This document shows positions 36,316 to 46,535 of a stretch of DNA of 64,000 nucleotides, in pieces. Both the position numbers and the translations under genes were made by a program. Position 1 is the stretch's first letter. Each line of letters begins with the position of its first letter. The notes under the pieces were generated by a model. It ran no database searches. It was not told where the DNA came from and saw only the letters and a list, made by a program, of their open reading frames with translations. The stretch is taken from NCBI GenBank assembly GCA_000092065.1, contig CP000583.1; one strand, 5' to 3'. The stretch is from Ostreococcus lucimarinus. Its lineage: Eukaryota.

Positions 36316-36917
36316 ATGTGGCGTCGCGTCGCGCGCGACGTCGCGAGACGCGCGTCGACGTCGTGCGCGACGTCGTCGTCCGCGCGCGCGACGGGCGCGA
36401 CGCGGGGCGTGAGCGCGACGGCGACGTCGAGGGCGAAGGCGAAGGCGAAGGCGAAGGCGAAGGGTAAAGGTGCGTCGAGCGCGGACCGACGCGCGAGGAC
36501 GCGCGCGAAGACGCGAGGACGCGCGCGAGGACGCGCGGGATGACGCGCGGGATGACGCGCGCGACGCGCGACTGACGGAGCGACGGCGGTGTCGAACGAC
36601 GCGCAGACGGTGAGAAGGCGCAGACGGCGGCGAGCGGCGGCGGCGGCGCGGCGAGCGACACGAAAGTCGTAGGGTTGAATTACTTGAAAACGGGAAGTGA
36701 TCCGGAACTCGGGAGCGATGATGCGTATCCGGCGTGGTTGTGGACGCTGTCGGAGGCGAAGGAAAGTTTGGGAGGGTACGAGCGGAGGATCGCGGCGTTG
36801 AAGGCGGAGGGCTTGGATTGGCGCGCAGAGTTTTCGGAGGAGGACGCGAAACGGTATCGGAAACTCGAACGGACGCATCGGATCAGGGAAAATAACGCGT
36901 CGCGCGCGAAGAAATAG
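36316..36917 (+). CDS. mitochondrial ribosomal protein mL54 (two-exon model: exon1 36316-36463 or -36469, exon2 36607-36917)
   Basis: The ORF-track ORF 36675-36917 starts on TTG and has no in-frame ATG back to a TGA at 36573. Exon 2 encodes 'DAYPAWLWTL...KRYRKLERTHRIRENNASRAKK', matching mL54 (YPEWLF...[22 protein letters not shown]). Upstream ATG 36316 encodes presequence MWRRVARDVARRASTSCATSSSARATGATRG. Phase-1 donors GTAAAG (36464) or GTGCGT (36470), ACTGAC branch at 36571-36576, acceptor cag at 36604-36606; phases agree. Confidence 0.5.
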
Positions 36918-36963
36918 CAATGTTTTGATTATACCGGTATCGTTTGAGCTCGTCGATGCGTGT

Positions 36964-37668
36964 TCACGCGGCGGCGGCGACGGATTCGGCGGCGGCATCT
37001 TCCACGCGCGCGTCCTTCAACCGCGTGGCGTTTTCTTGAACCATCTTCTCCCACTTCAGTTTGTCGTACTCCTCGGGGCTTAAAAAGTCCGGGTCGGCGT
37101 ACGAGCGCCAACTCCACATGTGACACTCGCAGCAAATCGTCTCTGACTCAAACTTTTTCTTGCCTCGACACCACGTCTGCGAAAAATGATGCTCCTTCGT
37201 GTTCGTGGACCCGCACGACAGGCAGTCGGGGAAGCGTTCGTTCGGTTTCCATCGCGAGATCCATTCGTCTACGGTCATAATTTTCATCCCAGCTCCGACC
37301 GAGGGGTTGATTTCAACGGGGTCGCCTGCGCGCGCAAGCCGGTCAGTCAGCCGTCCCGTCGCGAACGTCGTCGTCGTCGAGGAAGGTCGCGCGCAAGCTT
37401 CTTCATCGAGCGTCGTACCGTTCATGATCTTGCGCCACTCCGTGGCGTGCACGAGTGCCTTCGGATTTGCGTTCACGTCGGTGTAGATGTCCGTCTTCAG
37501 ATCGTCCGCGTACGCGTGCGTCATGTCTTTTTCTTCCTCCTCCTTGGTCGTCGACTTGTCGACATCTTTGGCCCCTCCGGTCGCGCCGGTCGCGTCTTTG
37601 GCCTTGGACGACGCCGCAGCCGACTTCCCGGGCTTCTTCTTACCAGTCTTTTTCGATTTTGGAGGCAT
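36964..37668 (-). CDS. hypothetical Lys-rich / Cys-rich protein
   Basis: ATG verified at 37666-37668 (MPPKSKKTGKKKPGKS...). C-terminal cysteine cluster 'CLSCGSTNTKEHHFSQTWCRGKKKFESETICCECHMWSW' suggests a zinc-binding module; family not recognised. Confidence 0.45.
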   Translation of the reverse strand: MPPKSKKTGKKKPGKSAAASSKAKDATGATGGAKDVDKSTTKEEEEKDMTHAYADDLKTDIYTDVNANPKALVHATEWRKIMNGTTLDEEACARPSSTTTTFATGRLTDRLARAGDPVEINPSVGAGMKIMTVDEWISRWKPNERFPDCLSCGSTNTKEHHFSQTWCRGKKKFESETICCECHMWSWRSYADPDFLSPEEYDKLKWEKMVQENATRLKDARVEDAAAESVAAAA

Positions 37669-37803
37669 CGCGACGAGAGACGCGCGCGCGTGAGTGCGGC
37701 GATCTCGAAATGTCCGCGAGAAAAACGCTCGCACCAGCCGTTTTTCACTTCGCTAATAAAATAAATCAAATCACACAGCTACGACCGAACGAGTCTCACT
37801 CGT

Positions 37804-39360
37804 TTACAGCAGCGAATCGCGCTCGTCGACGAATTCTATGATACGATCAGACTCGCCGCGGTTGATCGCGGTGTACGCGACGACGCCCAACGTCACGGGC
37901 ACCAGGTAGACGAGCGCGGGTTGGCCCTCGCCGGTGAGCAAATTCGCGGAAATCGCGACGAGCAAACCGATCAAGTATGCAGACAACGAGGCGCTGAAGA
38001 ACGCGCGTCCGCTCAGCGACGATGGAATGGAAATAGTACCCCCGCTCGTGTCGCCAGCTTCGTCGTAAGCGAGCACGGCGGCGTCGCCCGCGCGTTTACC
38101 GATCCCAGATCTGTACCCGTCGGCTTCGAAATCGCCGTCGCCGTCGCCGTCGAGCCGATTTTCCACACCCGCTTCTAGGGCATCGCGCTCGGTGGCGAAT
38201 ATCTCCATGAACGCGTCCGCCGCGGCGTTTGCGCGTCCGCGCAAGTCTGTCGCGCGCGAGGCGTCGTAACGCAGCATGAGAGCGACCAACAACCCGGGAA
38301 TGGCGACGTCGCCCAAGCCCAACAGCGAAAACTCGAAAGCGTCCAGCGGCAGCGGATTCAAGACGTCGTCAAATCTAGGAAATAATAATCTAAAGGGACC
38401 GTTGAACGACTGGTTCGTCGCCACGCTCATCATCACGTTTTTTCCAACCACCTCTTCTGATTTGAAGACCCAAAACGCGTCGTATGCGAGCAACCCGCAC
38501 AGCGCCGTCGCGCAACTCTTGAAGCTCCCGAAGCCGATGACGGAGAGAAAGTCGCTGACGATAAAGCACGCTATCGCATTGTTGAGCGTGAAGTTTTGAT
38601 GGCCAGCCTGAAGATCTGCCGTCGCGAGCGCGAGTCCAGCGAGTAAGCCTACGATTTGCGCCGGCGTCACGTCGAATTCGGCATCCGTCACCGTCTCGCC
38701 CGTCTTGGGATCGGTCGCCCATCCATCGGGCACGCGCAGCTTCACTAAACCCTCCTTCCACCACGCCCCGAGCGCGTTCATGGGTTCCGTCGCGTTCCCC
38801 GCCACCGCGATCGTGCCCAGTATAAAAAAATAAAAATCCACGGCGACGCTAATATCCAGCTTCAAAATCTCCAGCGCGACGTACGCCGCAAACAGCGCCG
38901 CGCTCAGCACGAACGGTCCGAGCAGCGAGCTTTCAAACGAAATCGTCTCCCGAAAATCTCGCGTCAATCCTCGATGCGAGCCGATGTAAATGGCCGCCAT
39001 CGCCAACGCGGCGAAATACGGCACGTATCCGTAGCGAAAGTGTTCCAGCGCCCCGTCCCCTCCGATGCCGAGCGCGAGCGCGAGCGCGCCGTACGCCGCG
39101 AACACGTCGACCGCGTCCCACACGAACGTCCGCGCGAGTTCCTCGTCCGCGGGCGCGGCGCGACGCGCGACCGCGACGCGATGGCGATGCGTCCGCGCGC
39201 GACGCGGTCGCGCCCACCGCGCGCGGTCGACGTCCGCGCGCGCGCGCGCGACGGGCGCGACGGGCGCGACGACGACGCCATCGCGCGTCGCGACGGTCGT
39301 CGCGCGACGCCGCGCGCGAGACGCGACGGCGAACGCCGGGGGGGCGACGCACGCGCGCAT
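37804..39360 (-). CDS. signal peptide peptidase-like GxGD intramembrane aspartyl protease (presenilin/SPP family)
   Basis: True ATG at 39358-39360; the ORF-track start 39441 is TTG. 'YDAFWVF' (YD motif), 'LGLGDVAIPG' (GxGD), 'QPALVYLVP' (PAL motif), multiple TM helices. Arg/Ala-rich presequence. Confidence 0.75.
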   Translation of the reverse strand: MRACVAPPAFAVASRARRRATTVATRDGVVVAPVAPVARARADVDRARWARPRRARTHRHRVAVARRAAPADEELARTFVWDAVDVFAAYGALALALGIGGDGALEHFRYGYVPYFAALAMAAIYIGSHRGLTRDFRETISFESSLLGPFVLSAALFAAYVALEILKLDISVAVDFYFFILGTIAVAGNATEPMNALGAWWKEGLVKLRVPDGWATDPKTGETVTDAEFDVTPAQIVGLLAGLALATADLQAGHQNFTLNNAIACFIVSDFLSVIGFGSFKSCATALCGLLAYDAFWVFKSEEVVGKNVMMSVATNQSFNGPFRLLFPRFDDVLNPLPLDAFEFSLLGLGDVAIPGLLVALMLRYDASRATDLRGRANAAADAFMEIFATERDALEAGVENRLDGDGDGDFEADGYRSGIGKRAGDAAVLAYDEAGDTSGGTISIPSSLSGRAFFSASLSAYLIGLLVAISANLLTGEGQPALVYLVPVTLGVVAYTAINRGESDRIIEFVDERDSLL

Positions 39361-39506
39361 CGGTGTCGCGAAATGAACCCATGTCCGATTTCTCCCAGTA
39401 GAAAAGGTCGAATGATGTTTAAGTTTAAGATAAGAAGTCAACTACATTTTGCGAATCGCGACGACGAAAGGAACGACGGATGCGCGAGCGACGTTTCGTT
39501 ACAACG

Positions 39507-42008
39507 CTACGAACGCGAGAGATCGTTTTGGAGCAAGACGGACGAACGCGGCGGCGGCCTTCGAGGCGCGGTGCAACCGGTGACGGCGCGCGCGAACCAA
39601 CCGCTCTGCGCGAGCACGGGGCGCGTCTTGGTTTCGTCTTGCTCGGCGAGCAAAGAAATTTGCCACGCGAGTTCGCGATTGGCTTTTTCTAAGGGTGCGA
39701 GCTTGGCTTTGGCGTCGGCGGCGGCGCGCTCGGCCTCTTGCGCGCGACGGTTGACGGCGGCGAGCGACGCCGCGGAACGCTCGCCGACGTCCGCCTTGAG
39801 CGCGGCGAGTTCGGCGCGGAGACGCTCGACTTCTTCCGCGCTCGCGGTGTCTCGGGCGACGTTAGACGACGGCGCCGATGCGGGCGATGCGCGTCGTTCG
39901 TCACTCGCCCAAGTTTCGATGCGATCGAACAAACTGTCCAAATCATCTCGCGGCGTCGCCGCGGCGTCGTCGGCGTTTTCGTCCTTCTCATCGGAGCCCA
40001 TGAACATGCCCATGAGCATCCCGATACCGGCGCCTTCTTCTTTCGCGCGCGCCGGCGAAGAAGTTGAAGTAGGAATGTCCAGGCGTTCCATGATGCCGAT
40101 GAGACGTTTACGCGCATTGCCGTCGTCGCGCGCGACCGGCGGCGCGACGGGTTCTTTTCGCGTCGCGTCGGTTTGCGTGGAGGCCGACTTTTTGGAAACT
40201 GGACGGGATGGCTCCGGGACGGGTTGCGTCTTGCGCAAAGACTCCATCTCTTCCAAAACACCGAGCTTGGTTCGCGCTTCAGACGCCGCAGCTTCAGTCG
40301 TCTCGAGCGCGCGCTCGAGCCTTTCCGCCTTGGCCGTGACCGCCGTCAGCGCCTCCTTCGTCTCGGCGGCGTCAGCCTGCGTCTCTTCAACGATGGACAC
40401 CGCATCCTCTTTCATTTTCTCCGCCTCGTCCGCGTTCGCTCGAAGAACTTTCAACTCGGACTCAAATGTTTCGAGCTTCTCGCGTAACTCTTTCTCGGTG
40501 ACTTGAAATTGCGACTGTACGTGCGCGAATCGTCGCTTTCGCTCTTCGCCCTCTCGTGCGGCTTTTTCGGATTGCGCGCGCGCCTCCTCCACTTCCTTTT
40601 CTGCTAACGCAAGCTTTGTCTCCGCGCGCTGCTGTGCGAGCTCGGCCTTTTCGCGCGCCGCGATGGACGTCGCCGCTTCGCGACCGGTGGCGTCCATGAG
40701 CTGCACCTGCTTACGCAACTCGGCGAGCTCGGCTTCAGCCTTCGTCTTGGCTTTTTCCGCCGCCGCCATCTTCGCGTTCGCGTTCGCCGCGTTCACGGCG
40801 CCGCGAGACACAGCGCCTTCTGCGTCTTCTCTCGCCGCGATGGCGTCCGTCAATTCGTCGCGTAAGCTCGCGATTTCAGATTCCGACGCCTTCGCGCGAT
40901 CGTTCATTTTCGCGAGCTCGTTTCGCAACTCCTTCTCCGTCGTCGTCGCCGCGGCGAGTTGGTCTTCTAACGTCGCGGCGCGCGATTCAGCCTGCTGAAG
41001 CTTTGCCGCTTCTTCACCGGTCGCGGAATCATTTGCGCTCGCCGCTTCGGCGCGCACGCGCTCCAAAACCTCGACGTGTTCTTTCGCAGCCTTCTCCGCG
41101 CTCGCTCGAGACGCCTCCGCCTCGGCGCGGAGATTGTCTCGCTCGACTTTGACGCTTTCGAGATCTTTGCGTATTTTTTCGAGTTCTTCCGCGTGCGCCG
41201 CGCTGGCTACGGGTGAGGCGTCTGATGCGCCGCCACCTCGACCGCCCTTCTTCCCCTTTTTTCCTCGACCGCCGCGACTGCCGGCGTTTTGTTGCGGCGA
41301 CGAACTCTCGCTCTTTTCGTTCGCCTCGCGCTCCGCCGTTTGCAGTTTCTCCATCACACTCGCGAGCTCGGCGCGCAGCGCCTCCACCTCCTTCACCGCC
41401 GCAGATTTCGCATCGTCGATCTCAGCTCTCGCCGTCGCCGTCGCCGCCTCGGCGTCGCGTAACTCCTTCTCCATCTTCGCCGCGTCCTCGAGCGCGCGCC
41501 GCGTCGCCGTCTCCGCGTCTTCCAAATCCGCCTTCAACTTTTCAACCTCCACCATCGCGCTTTCGCCCGTCGTCGTCCCACCCGCGCCATCCGCCTCCGC
41601 CGCCTTCCGTTTCCGCTGTTCCTTCGCCAGCTCCTTCGCCGCCTTGATCGCCGTCTCTCGCATCTTTCCCGCGTCGTCTCGCGCCTCTCGCAACTGTTCG
41701 TCCCGCGCGTTCAACTCTTGTTTCGCGATCGACAACGCCTGTCGCAGCGCGTCGATCTCATCGTTCGTGAACTCGCCCTCGCGCGCGCCCGCGAACGCAT
41801 CGCCGTCGCTCAGCGCGCGATCCGCGCCTTCCTCGTCGTCGTCGCCGAGCGCGCGTCGCGCGAACGAATCGAGTTGGTCATCCATGGCGTCGAGTTTTTC
41901 CGTCACCACGCTCGCCGTCTCGCGCAGGCGCGTGCCCAGGCCGTCGAGCCAGGACGTCGCGCGCGCGGGCGCGTCCACCGCGTCGTCCGCGTCGTCCTCG
42001 CGCGACAT
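39507..42008 (-). CDS. long coiled-coil protein (golgin/myosin-tail-like), 833 aa
   Basis: ATG verified at 42006-42008. About 600 aa of heptad-like E/K/A/R-rich sequence. Gly/Lys-rich patch 'GSRGGRGKKGKKGGRGGG'; no motor or enzymatic domain. Confidence 0.5.
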   Translation of the reverse strand: MSREDDADDAVDAPARATSWLDGLGTRLRETASVVTEKLDAMDDQLDSFARRALGDDDEEGADRALSDGDAFAGAREGEFTNDEIDALRQALSIAKQELNARDEQLREARDDAGKMRETAIKAAKELAKEQRKRKAAEADGAGGTTTGESAMVEVEKLKADLEDAETATRRALEDAAKMEKELRDAEAATATARAEIDDAKSAAVKEVEALRAELASVMEKLQTAEREANEKSESSSPQQNAGSRGGRGKKGKKGGRGGGASDASPVASAAHAEELEKIRKDLESVKVERDNLRAEAEASRASAEKAAKEHVEVLERVRAEAASANDSATGEEAAKLQQAESRAATLEDQLAAATTTEKELRNELAKMNDRAKASESEIASLRDELTDAIAAREDAEGAVSRGAVNAANANAKMAAAEKAKTKAEAELAELRKQVQLMDATGREAATSIAAREKAELAQQRAETKLALAEKEVEEARAQSEKAAREGEERKRRFAHVQSQFQVTEKELREKLETFESELKVLRANADEAEKMKEDAVSIVEETQADAAETKEALTAVTAKAERLERALETTEAAASEARTKLGVLEEMESLRKTQPVPEPSRPVSKKSASTQTDATRKEPVAPPVARDDGNARKRLIGIMERLDIPTSTSSPARAKEEGAGIGMLMGMFMGSDEKDENADDAAATPRDDLDSLFDRIETWASDERRASPASAPSSNVARDTASAEEVERLRAELAALKADVGERSAASLAAVNRRAQEAERAAADAKAKLAPLEKANRELAWQISLLAEQDETKTRPVLAQSGWFARAVTGCTAPRRPPPRSSVLLQNDLSRS

Positions 42009-42157
42009 CGCGCGCGTCGGCCCCCGATTCTTTCGATTCGATTCGTTTCGTTTCGACGCCGCGCGCGCGTGTGCCGCGCGACGGTCGCGCGCGTCGCGCC
42101 GCACTCTCGCGCGCGCGAACGCGCGACGCGCGAACGCGCGACGCGCGCGCGTCGACG

Positions 42158-43918
42158 ATGGCGCCGCGCGAGGACGGCGCGAAGCGCTCGTCGTACGTCG
42201 CGGACTTGCTCGCCGGAAGCTTTGACGTCATGGACGCTTCGAAAGCGCGCGCGGCGCCGCTGCGTCGAATGGGCGGCGACGGCGGCGCGAGCGAGCGCGC
42301 GGATGATCGCGCGCGCGCGGTGGGAAGAGGAGCGACGCGCGCGGACGCGCGAGACGCGCGCGAGACGCGCGCGGAGGATGATCTCGAAGCCTTGTTCGGA
42401 GGCTCGACGACGACGCGCGAGCGAACGACGACGACGACGACGACGCGGGGCGCGCGCGAGGCGAAGGATGCGTTCGGCGATCTCGATGGGATGTTCGCGT
42501 CGGCGTCGACGTCGACGCGAGGGGGGGGGGAGAACGCGACGGGCGACCGTCGACGCGCGCCGAGCGCGGCGAGCGCGGATTTCGACGATATTTTCGGTGG
42601 ATTCACGGACGCATCGCGAGCGGGGAGTCAGAGCGTGCCGGTGAAAGCGAGCGGTGCGGCGACGCGCGCGCGCCGTGGCGATGGGGCGGGGGCGGCGAAG
42701 GGAGATTTGTTTGATTTGATGAGCGAGTCGAGTAGCGTGAGCGAGCTCGGGTCGAGACCCGAGTCGCCGAAGAGCGCGGCGAGCGCGGGGACACAGCGTG
42801 GGTTGATGGCGCACGACGCAGATGAAAGTCTCATCGATGGATTGGACGAACTATTGGGTGAAGTTTCTATCGCGACGGCGTCGAAGGCGACGCGGACGCC
42901 GGAGAAGACAGCGTCGGCGTCGTCGTTATCGCGGATGTCTTCCATGTCGCGATCGGCGAGTCTGGCGAACGATATAGGCGATTTAATGTCTTCGCCCGAG
43001 TCCGACGCATCTGCACCGGTGGGTTTGGCGCGGTTCCGTTCGACGGCCAGCGTGGATTCGCAAAGCTCTCAACCGACTGCGGCGGCGACGAAGAAGGCGC
43101 CCGACGCCGCCGTCAAGGTTCAAGCGCGCGCTGAGGCGAACACCACGGCTTCTAAGACGTCGATGTCGACGCCGAAACCACAAAAGTCACCGGCGACGAT
43201 GCCCGCGGCGGCTTCGTCGACGAAGTCGTCGGTGGAAGATTTGGATGACTTTTTCAACGCTGGCGCCGCGAAAGCGGGCGCGACGCCAAAGGCGCCGACG
43301 TCATCCATCGATCCTATAGAAGCCATGTTCGCGATTCCTGATTCCGCAGTCGGTGTAAGTTCAGCTGTTCCCGCGAACGGTGTCGTGGACGATCTTTTCG
43401 GGGCGATGGACACTCGAGTGATGTCGCAGAAATCAACCGCGGCGAGCGCGTTCGAGTACGCCCCCGAGGAAGAAGTCGATCCGAACGAGCCGCCCGAACG
43501 AGCCGCCCTACGCAAGGCCCGACACGATCGAAACAGAGTACGAATAGAGACCGCGCTGAAAGAAAAGCGCGCGAGAGAGAGCGCGGCGAGACAAGAGCAA
43601 GCCGAGCGTCAAATGCTCAAGGATCTCATCGGCGCTGACATCGACGCGTGGCAAAAGAAGAACCAAAACAACATTCGCACCATGCTCGCCAACCTCGGAG
43701 ACGTCTTGTGGGACGGTCACAGGTACAAGAGTCCCGATATGGGGTCTTTGATGCAACCGATCGGGGTGAAGAAGTCTTACCACAAAGCTTTAGTCATCAT
43801 CCATCCCGACAAAGTCTCGCAAGCGGGCGGCGACATGTCGCAGCGATACATCGCCGACAAAGTCTTCGACATCATCAAGGTGGCGTACAAGGAATTCGAA
43901 GCCAAAGAACTGAAATGA
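42158..43918 (+). CDS. auxilin-like protein with C-terminal J domain
   Basis: First ATG at 42158. Long disordered Ser/Ala/Thr-rich region. C-terminal 'IRTMLANLGDVLWDG...YHKALVIIHPDKV' carries the HPD tripeptide of the J domain in the auxilin/GAK arrangement. Confidence 0.7.
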   Translation: MAPREDGAKRSSYVADLLAGSFDVMDASKARAAPLRRMGGDGGASERADDRARAVGRGATRADARDARETRAEDDLEALFGGSTTTRERTTTTTTTRGAREAKDAFGDLDGMFASASTSTRGGGENATGDRRRAPSAASADFDDIFGGFTDASRAGSQSVPVKASGAATRARRGDGAGAAKGDLFDLMSESSSVSELGSRPESPKSAASAGTQRGLMAHDADESLIDGLDELLGEVSIATASKATRTPEKTASASSLSRMSSMSRSASLANDIGDLMSSPESDASAPVGLARFRSTASVDSQSSQPTAAATKKAPDAAVKVQARAEANTTASKTSMSTPKPQKSPATMPAAASSTKSSVEDLDDFFNAGAAKAGATPKAPTSSIDPIEAMFAIPDSAVGVSSAVPANGVVDDLFGAMDTRVMSQKSTAASAFEYAPEEEVDPNEPPERAALRKARHDRNRVRIETALKEKRARESAARQEQAERQMLKDLIGADIDAWQKKNQNNIRTMLANLGDVLWDGHRYKSPDMGSLMQPIGVKKSYHKALVIIHPDKVSQAGGDMSQRYIADKVFDIIKVAYKEFEAKELK

Positions 43919-44063
43919 TCGCTTCCTGCGTTCGCGCGTTTCACTAGATTAGCGGCGCATCGTTTAACAACCACCGTCAAACATCGCCGAGATCTTTCCC
44001 CGTCGCCTCCCCCGTCGCCCCGTAACGACCATTGGTCTCGACATCGCGCCTCGCGCGTGACGC

Positions 44064-45116
44064 ATGACGTTGCGACTCGTGCTCTTGGTCCCGTTCAGGG
44101 AGGACGCGACGCGAACGCGCGCCGCGCAATTGCGTCAACTCATCGAGCGCTTCGTCGCCGTCTTCGACGACCCGAGCCGCCCCGCGCTCGTCGTCGTCTG
44201 CGAACAGAGCGACGACGGGTGTCGATTCAACCGCGGTCAGTGCTTGAACGCGGCGTACGCGATCGCGACGTCGACGTTCAGCGAGCGCATCGATCGATGC
44301 GGCACGCATTTCGCGTGCCACGACGTCGACATGGCGCCCGAGGCGGCGACGAAGACGGCGTACTTTGTCGAGGACGACGCGCGCGACGGCGCCGGATTCG
44401 TTCGCGTGTTGCAAGCGAGCGGGTGTCGGTACGACGCCGAGAAATGCTTCGGTGGCGTGACGATTTACGACGTGACGGCGTTTGAGCGCACGAATGGGTA
44501 CCCGAACGGATTTTACGGGTGGGGAGGCGAGGATCACGCGGCGTTTTTGCGGGCAGCGGAAGCGGGCGTGCGAGTGGAGCGTCGCTCGGGCGCCGCGTTT
44601 GATGATTTAGAGAAAGACGTGGAGACGGTGGCGAAGAAACTATCCGTGCTCGACGCACACGATGCTCGAATAAACGCCAAGGAGAAGGAGCGTCTACTGA
44701 AACGAAACGCAAAGTTTTGGCGCGAAGACGGCTTGAATTCGTGCGCATTCGACGTCGTCGAGAAAAGCGTGCTGCGCGAATCGCCGGCGTTGACGTGCGT
44801 GCAGTTCAAGGTTGAGTTGAAATGCGCGCGACCTGGGTACATCAAGTGCTTCACGTGCGCGACGTGGCTTCCAGAACCTGAGTATTCGGGCAAAGCGCTC
44901 GCCGCGGTGCGATGGAGCGAGAAAACGGGCACCAAGCACGAACGATCGTGCACGTCGTGTACGGCGAATTTGCCGAAGCAAATCGAAACGGAGGCGCAAA
45001 AAGCTTTCAATCAGAGCAATTTCGAGCAGAGGCTGACGTGTGCGGAGTGTGCGACGTTGTTTGCGAGCCGCACGTCGTTGTTCAAACATCTCAAATCGTC
45101 GCCGTGCGGAAACTAG
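44064..45116 (+). CDS. glycosyltransferase family 7 (beta-1,4-galactosyltransferase-like) catalytic domain fused to C-terminal C2H2-like zinc-finger tail; no signal anchor
   Basis: ATG at 44064, immediately preceded by in-frame TGA. 'LVLLVPFRED', 'FNRGQCLNAAYA', 'DVDM', 'NGYPNGFYGWGGEDH' match the beta4GalT motifs (FNRAKLLNVG, DVD, WGWGGEDDD). C-term 'CAECATLFASRTSLFKHLKSSPC'. Confidence 0.6.
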   Translation: MTLRLVLLVPFREDATRTRAAQLRQLIERFVAVFDDPSRPALVVVCEQSDDGCRFNRGQCLNAAYAIATSTFSERIDRCGTHFACHDVDMAPEAATKTAYFVEDDARDGAGFVRVLQASGCRYDAEKCFGGVTIYDVTAFERTNGYPNGFYGWGGEDHAAFLRAAEAGVRVERRSGAAFDDLEKDVETVAKKLSVLDAHDARINAKEKERLLKRNAKFWREDGLNSCAFDVVEKSVLRESPALTCVQFKVELKCARPGYIKCFTCATWLPEPEYSGKALAAVRWSEKTGTKHERSCTSCTANLPKQIETEAQKAFNQSNFEQRLTCAECATLFASRTSLFKHLKSSPCGN

Positions 45117-45174
45117 TGAAGCGCACGCGTTAGCGCGTTCGCGTTACGCATTAGATCTAGAATTGTTGTACATT

Positions 45175-45179
45175 TTACA
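45175..45179 (-). promoter_or_regulatory. TGTAA poly(A)-signal-like pentamer 10 nt after BUD22-like stop
   Basis: Plus 'ttaca' at 45175-45179 reads TGTAA on minus, within AT-richer convergent spacer 45117-45188. Confidence 0.3.
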
Positions 45180-45188
45180 TAGCGCAAG

Positions 45189-46535
45189 TTAATCAAATAC
45201 GACCTTTTTACCCTCGGGCTTGACACCGCCGCCGCCCCAGGCCTGTTGATCAGCCTTCAGCTTAGCTGCCCACGATGGGTGCAGCGGTCCCTCCGGAACC
45301 TTGGGCGCGTATTGCTGCTTCTTCGAAACTATCGGCGTTTTCTTCGCACCATCGTCATCGCCGAACTTGACCTTCTTACCCTTTGCACCAGCGATTATGA
45401 TGGGTGCTTGCTTACGTTTCGCTTTCCAAGACGGGTGCATATTTCTTTCCTCTTCCTCCTTCGCCCTACGCTCGGCTGCAGCTTTTTCGCGTTCGGCGAT
45501 GATGTGCGCGGCGTTTGAGCCAAACTTAGCCTCCGCGATTTGACGACGCTTGCGCTGCCCCATGCGCTTTTTCACTTTTTTCTTCTTTGGTCCTAGATCT
45601 ACATCCTCGACATCGTCCCCGTCCTTCGCCGATTTCGCCTGCTTTTTCGACTTTTTCGCCGCCGCCTTCGCCGCGTAAAGCTCCGCCAACGTATCCTCGC
45701 TCAAACTCGCATAGCCATCTTCACCGACGTCGGATTCGAATTCAGAATCCGATTTGGATGCACTATCCTCGTTGTCAGCATCGCGGCGAGACGTGGGCTT
45801 CGCGTGCACGACCTCCTCTTCCTCGCTCGACGACACCTCCTCTCCCGCCGCTCGCCGTTTCGCCTTTTCCTCCGCTTTGACGATGGCCAACTCGCGCTTC
45901 TGCCGTCGCTCCTGCTTCTCACGCGTCCACTCTTCGCGTTTTTGCTTCCCAACCACCGCACGATTCATTCGACCCGCGATCGCCAACAATCGTTCCTTCA
46001 GCGCATCCGTCTCCGCGCGCGTCGCCTGCGCTCGCAACAACCGCCTCGCCGCGCTCACGTATTCATTCTCCCCGACGACTTCCTTCCCTTCGCTCTCGCT
46101 CGCTTTTGCGCTCGCGGCGTCGTCGCAAATAGCGCGTAACACGTCTTGACTGTCGAAGCCGTCGCCCAAGTCCACGGCGTGCGTCGCGCGGACGGCGTTC
46201 GCGTCGCCATCCGCCGCCACCTCGCGAAATGCCAACTCGAGCGACTCTTCCACTCTCTGCGCGCACGCCGACGCGCATTGCCGAGCCAAGACGTCGATAT
46301 CGACGTTACGCGTCGCGTGCAACGCGCGCTTGAGCTTATCGGCGTCCTCGGGCGCCTTGAGACGCCGGCGGAGCTTGGCTTCGTCAAAGGTTTTGGCCTT
46401 CTTCAACGCGCGTCTGAGGAGCGAGGCGCCGTGGTGGGTCTTCTTGCGCAGCTCCTCGAGCACGGTGTCGCGCGCCGTGAAGTCTCGAGCGTGACGCTTT
46501 TTGGCCCACTTGGGCCAATTTCCAGCGGGAGGCAT
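45189..46535 (-). CDS. BUD22: BUD22/SRFBP1-like ribosome-biogenesis protein
   Basis: Start chosen at ATG 46533-46535, because the earlier ATG at 46670 would overlap the upstream gene's stop. Lys/Glu/Ala-rich, with twice-repeated C-terminal 'HPSW(K/A)AK' motif typical of the Bud22 C-terminus. Confidence 0.55.
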   Translation of the reverse strand: MPPAGNWPKWAKKRHARDFTARDTVLEELRKKTHHGASLLRRALKKAKTFDEAKLRRRLKAPEDADKLKRALHATRNVDIDVLARQCASACAQRVEESLELAFREVAADGDANAVRATHAVDLGDGFDSQDVLRAICDDAASAKASESEGKEVVGENEYVSAARRLLRAQATRAETDALKERLLAIAGRMNRAVVGKQKREEWTREKQERRQKRELAIVKAEEKAKRRAAGEEVSSSEEEEVVHAKPTSRRDADNEDSASKSDSEFESDVGEDGYASLSEDTLAELYAAKAAAKKSKKQAKSAKDGDDVEDVDLGPKKKKVKKRMGQRKRRQIAEAKFGSNAAHIIAEREKAAAERRAKEEEERNMHPSWKAKRKQAPIIIAGAKGKKVKFGDDDGAKKTPIVSKKQQYAPKVPEGPLHPSWAAKLKADQQAWGGGGVKPEGKKVVFD

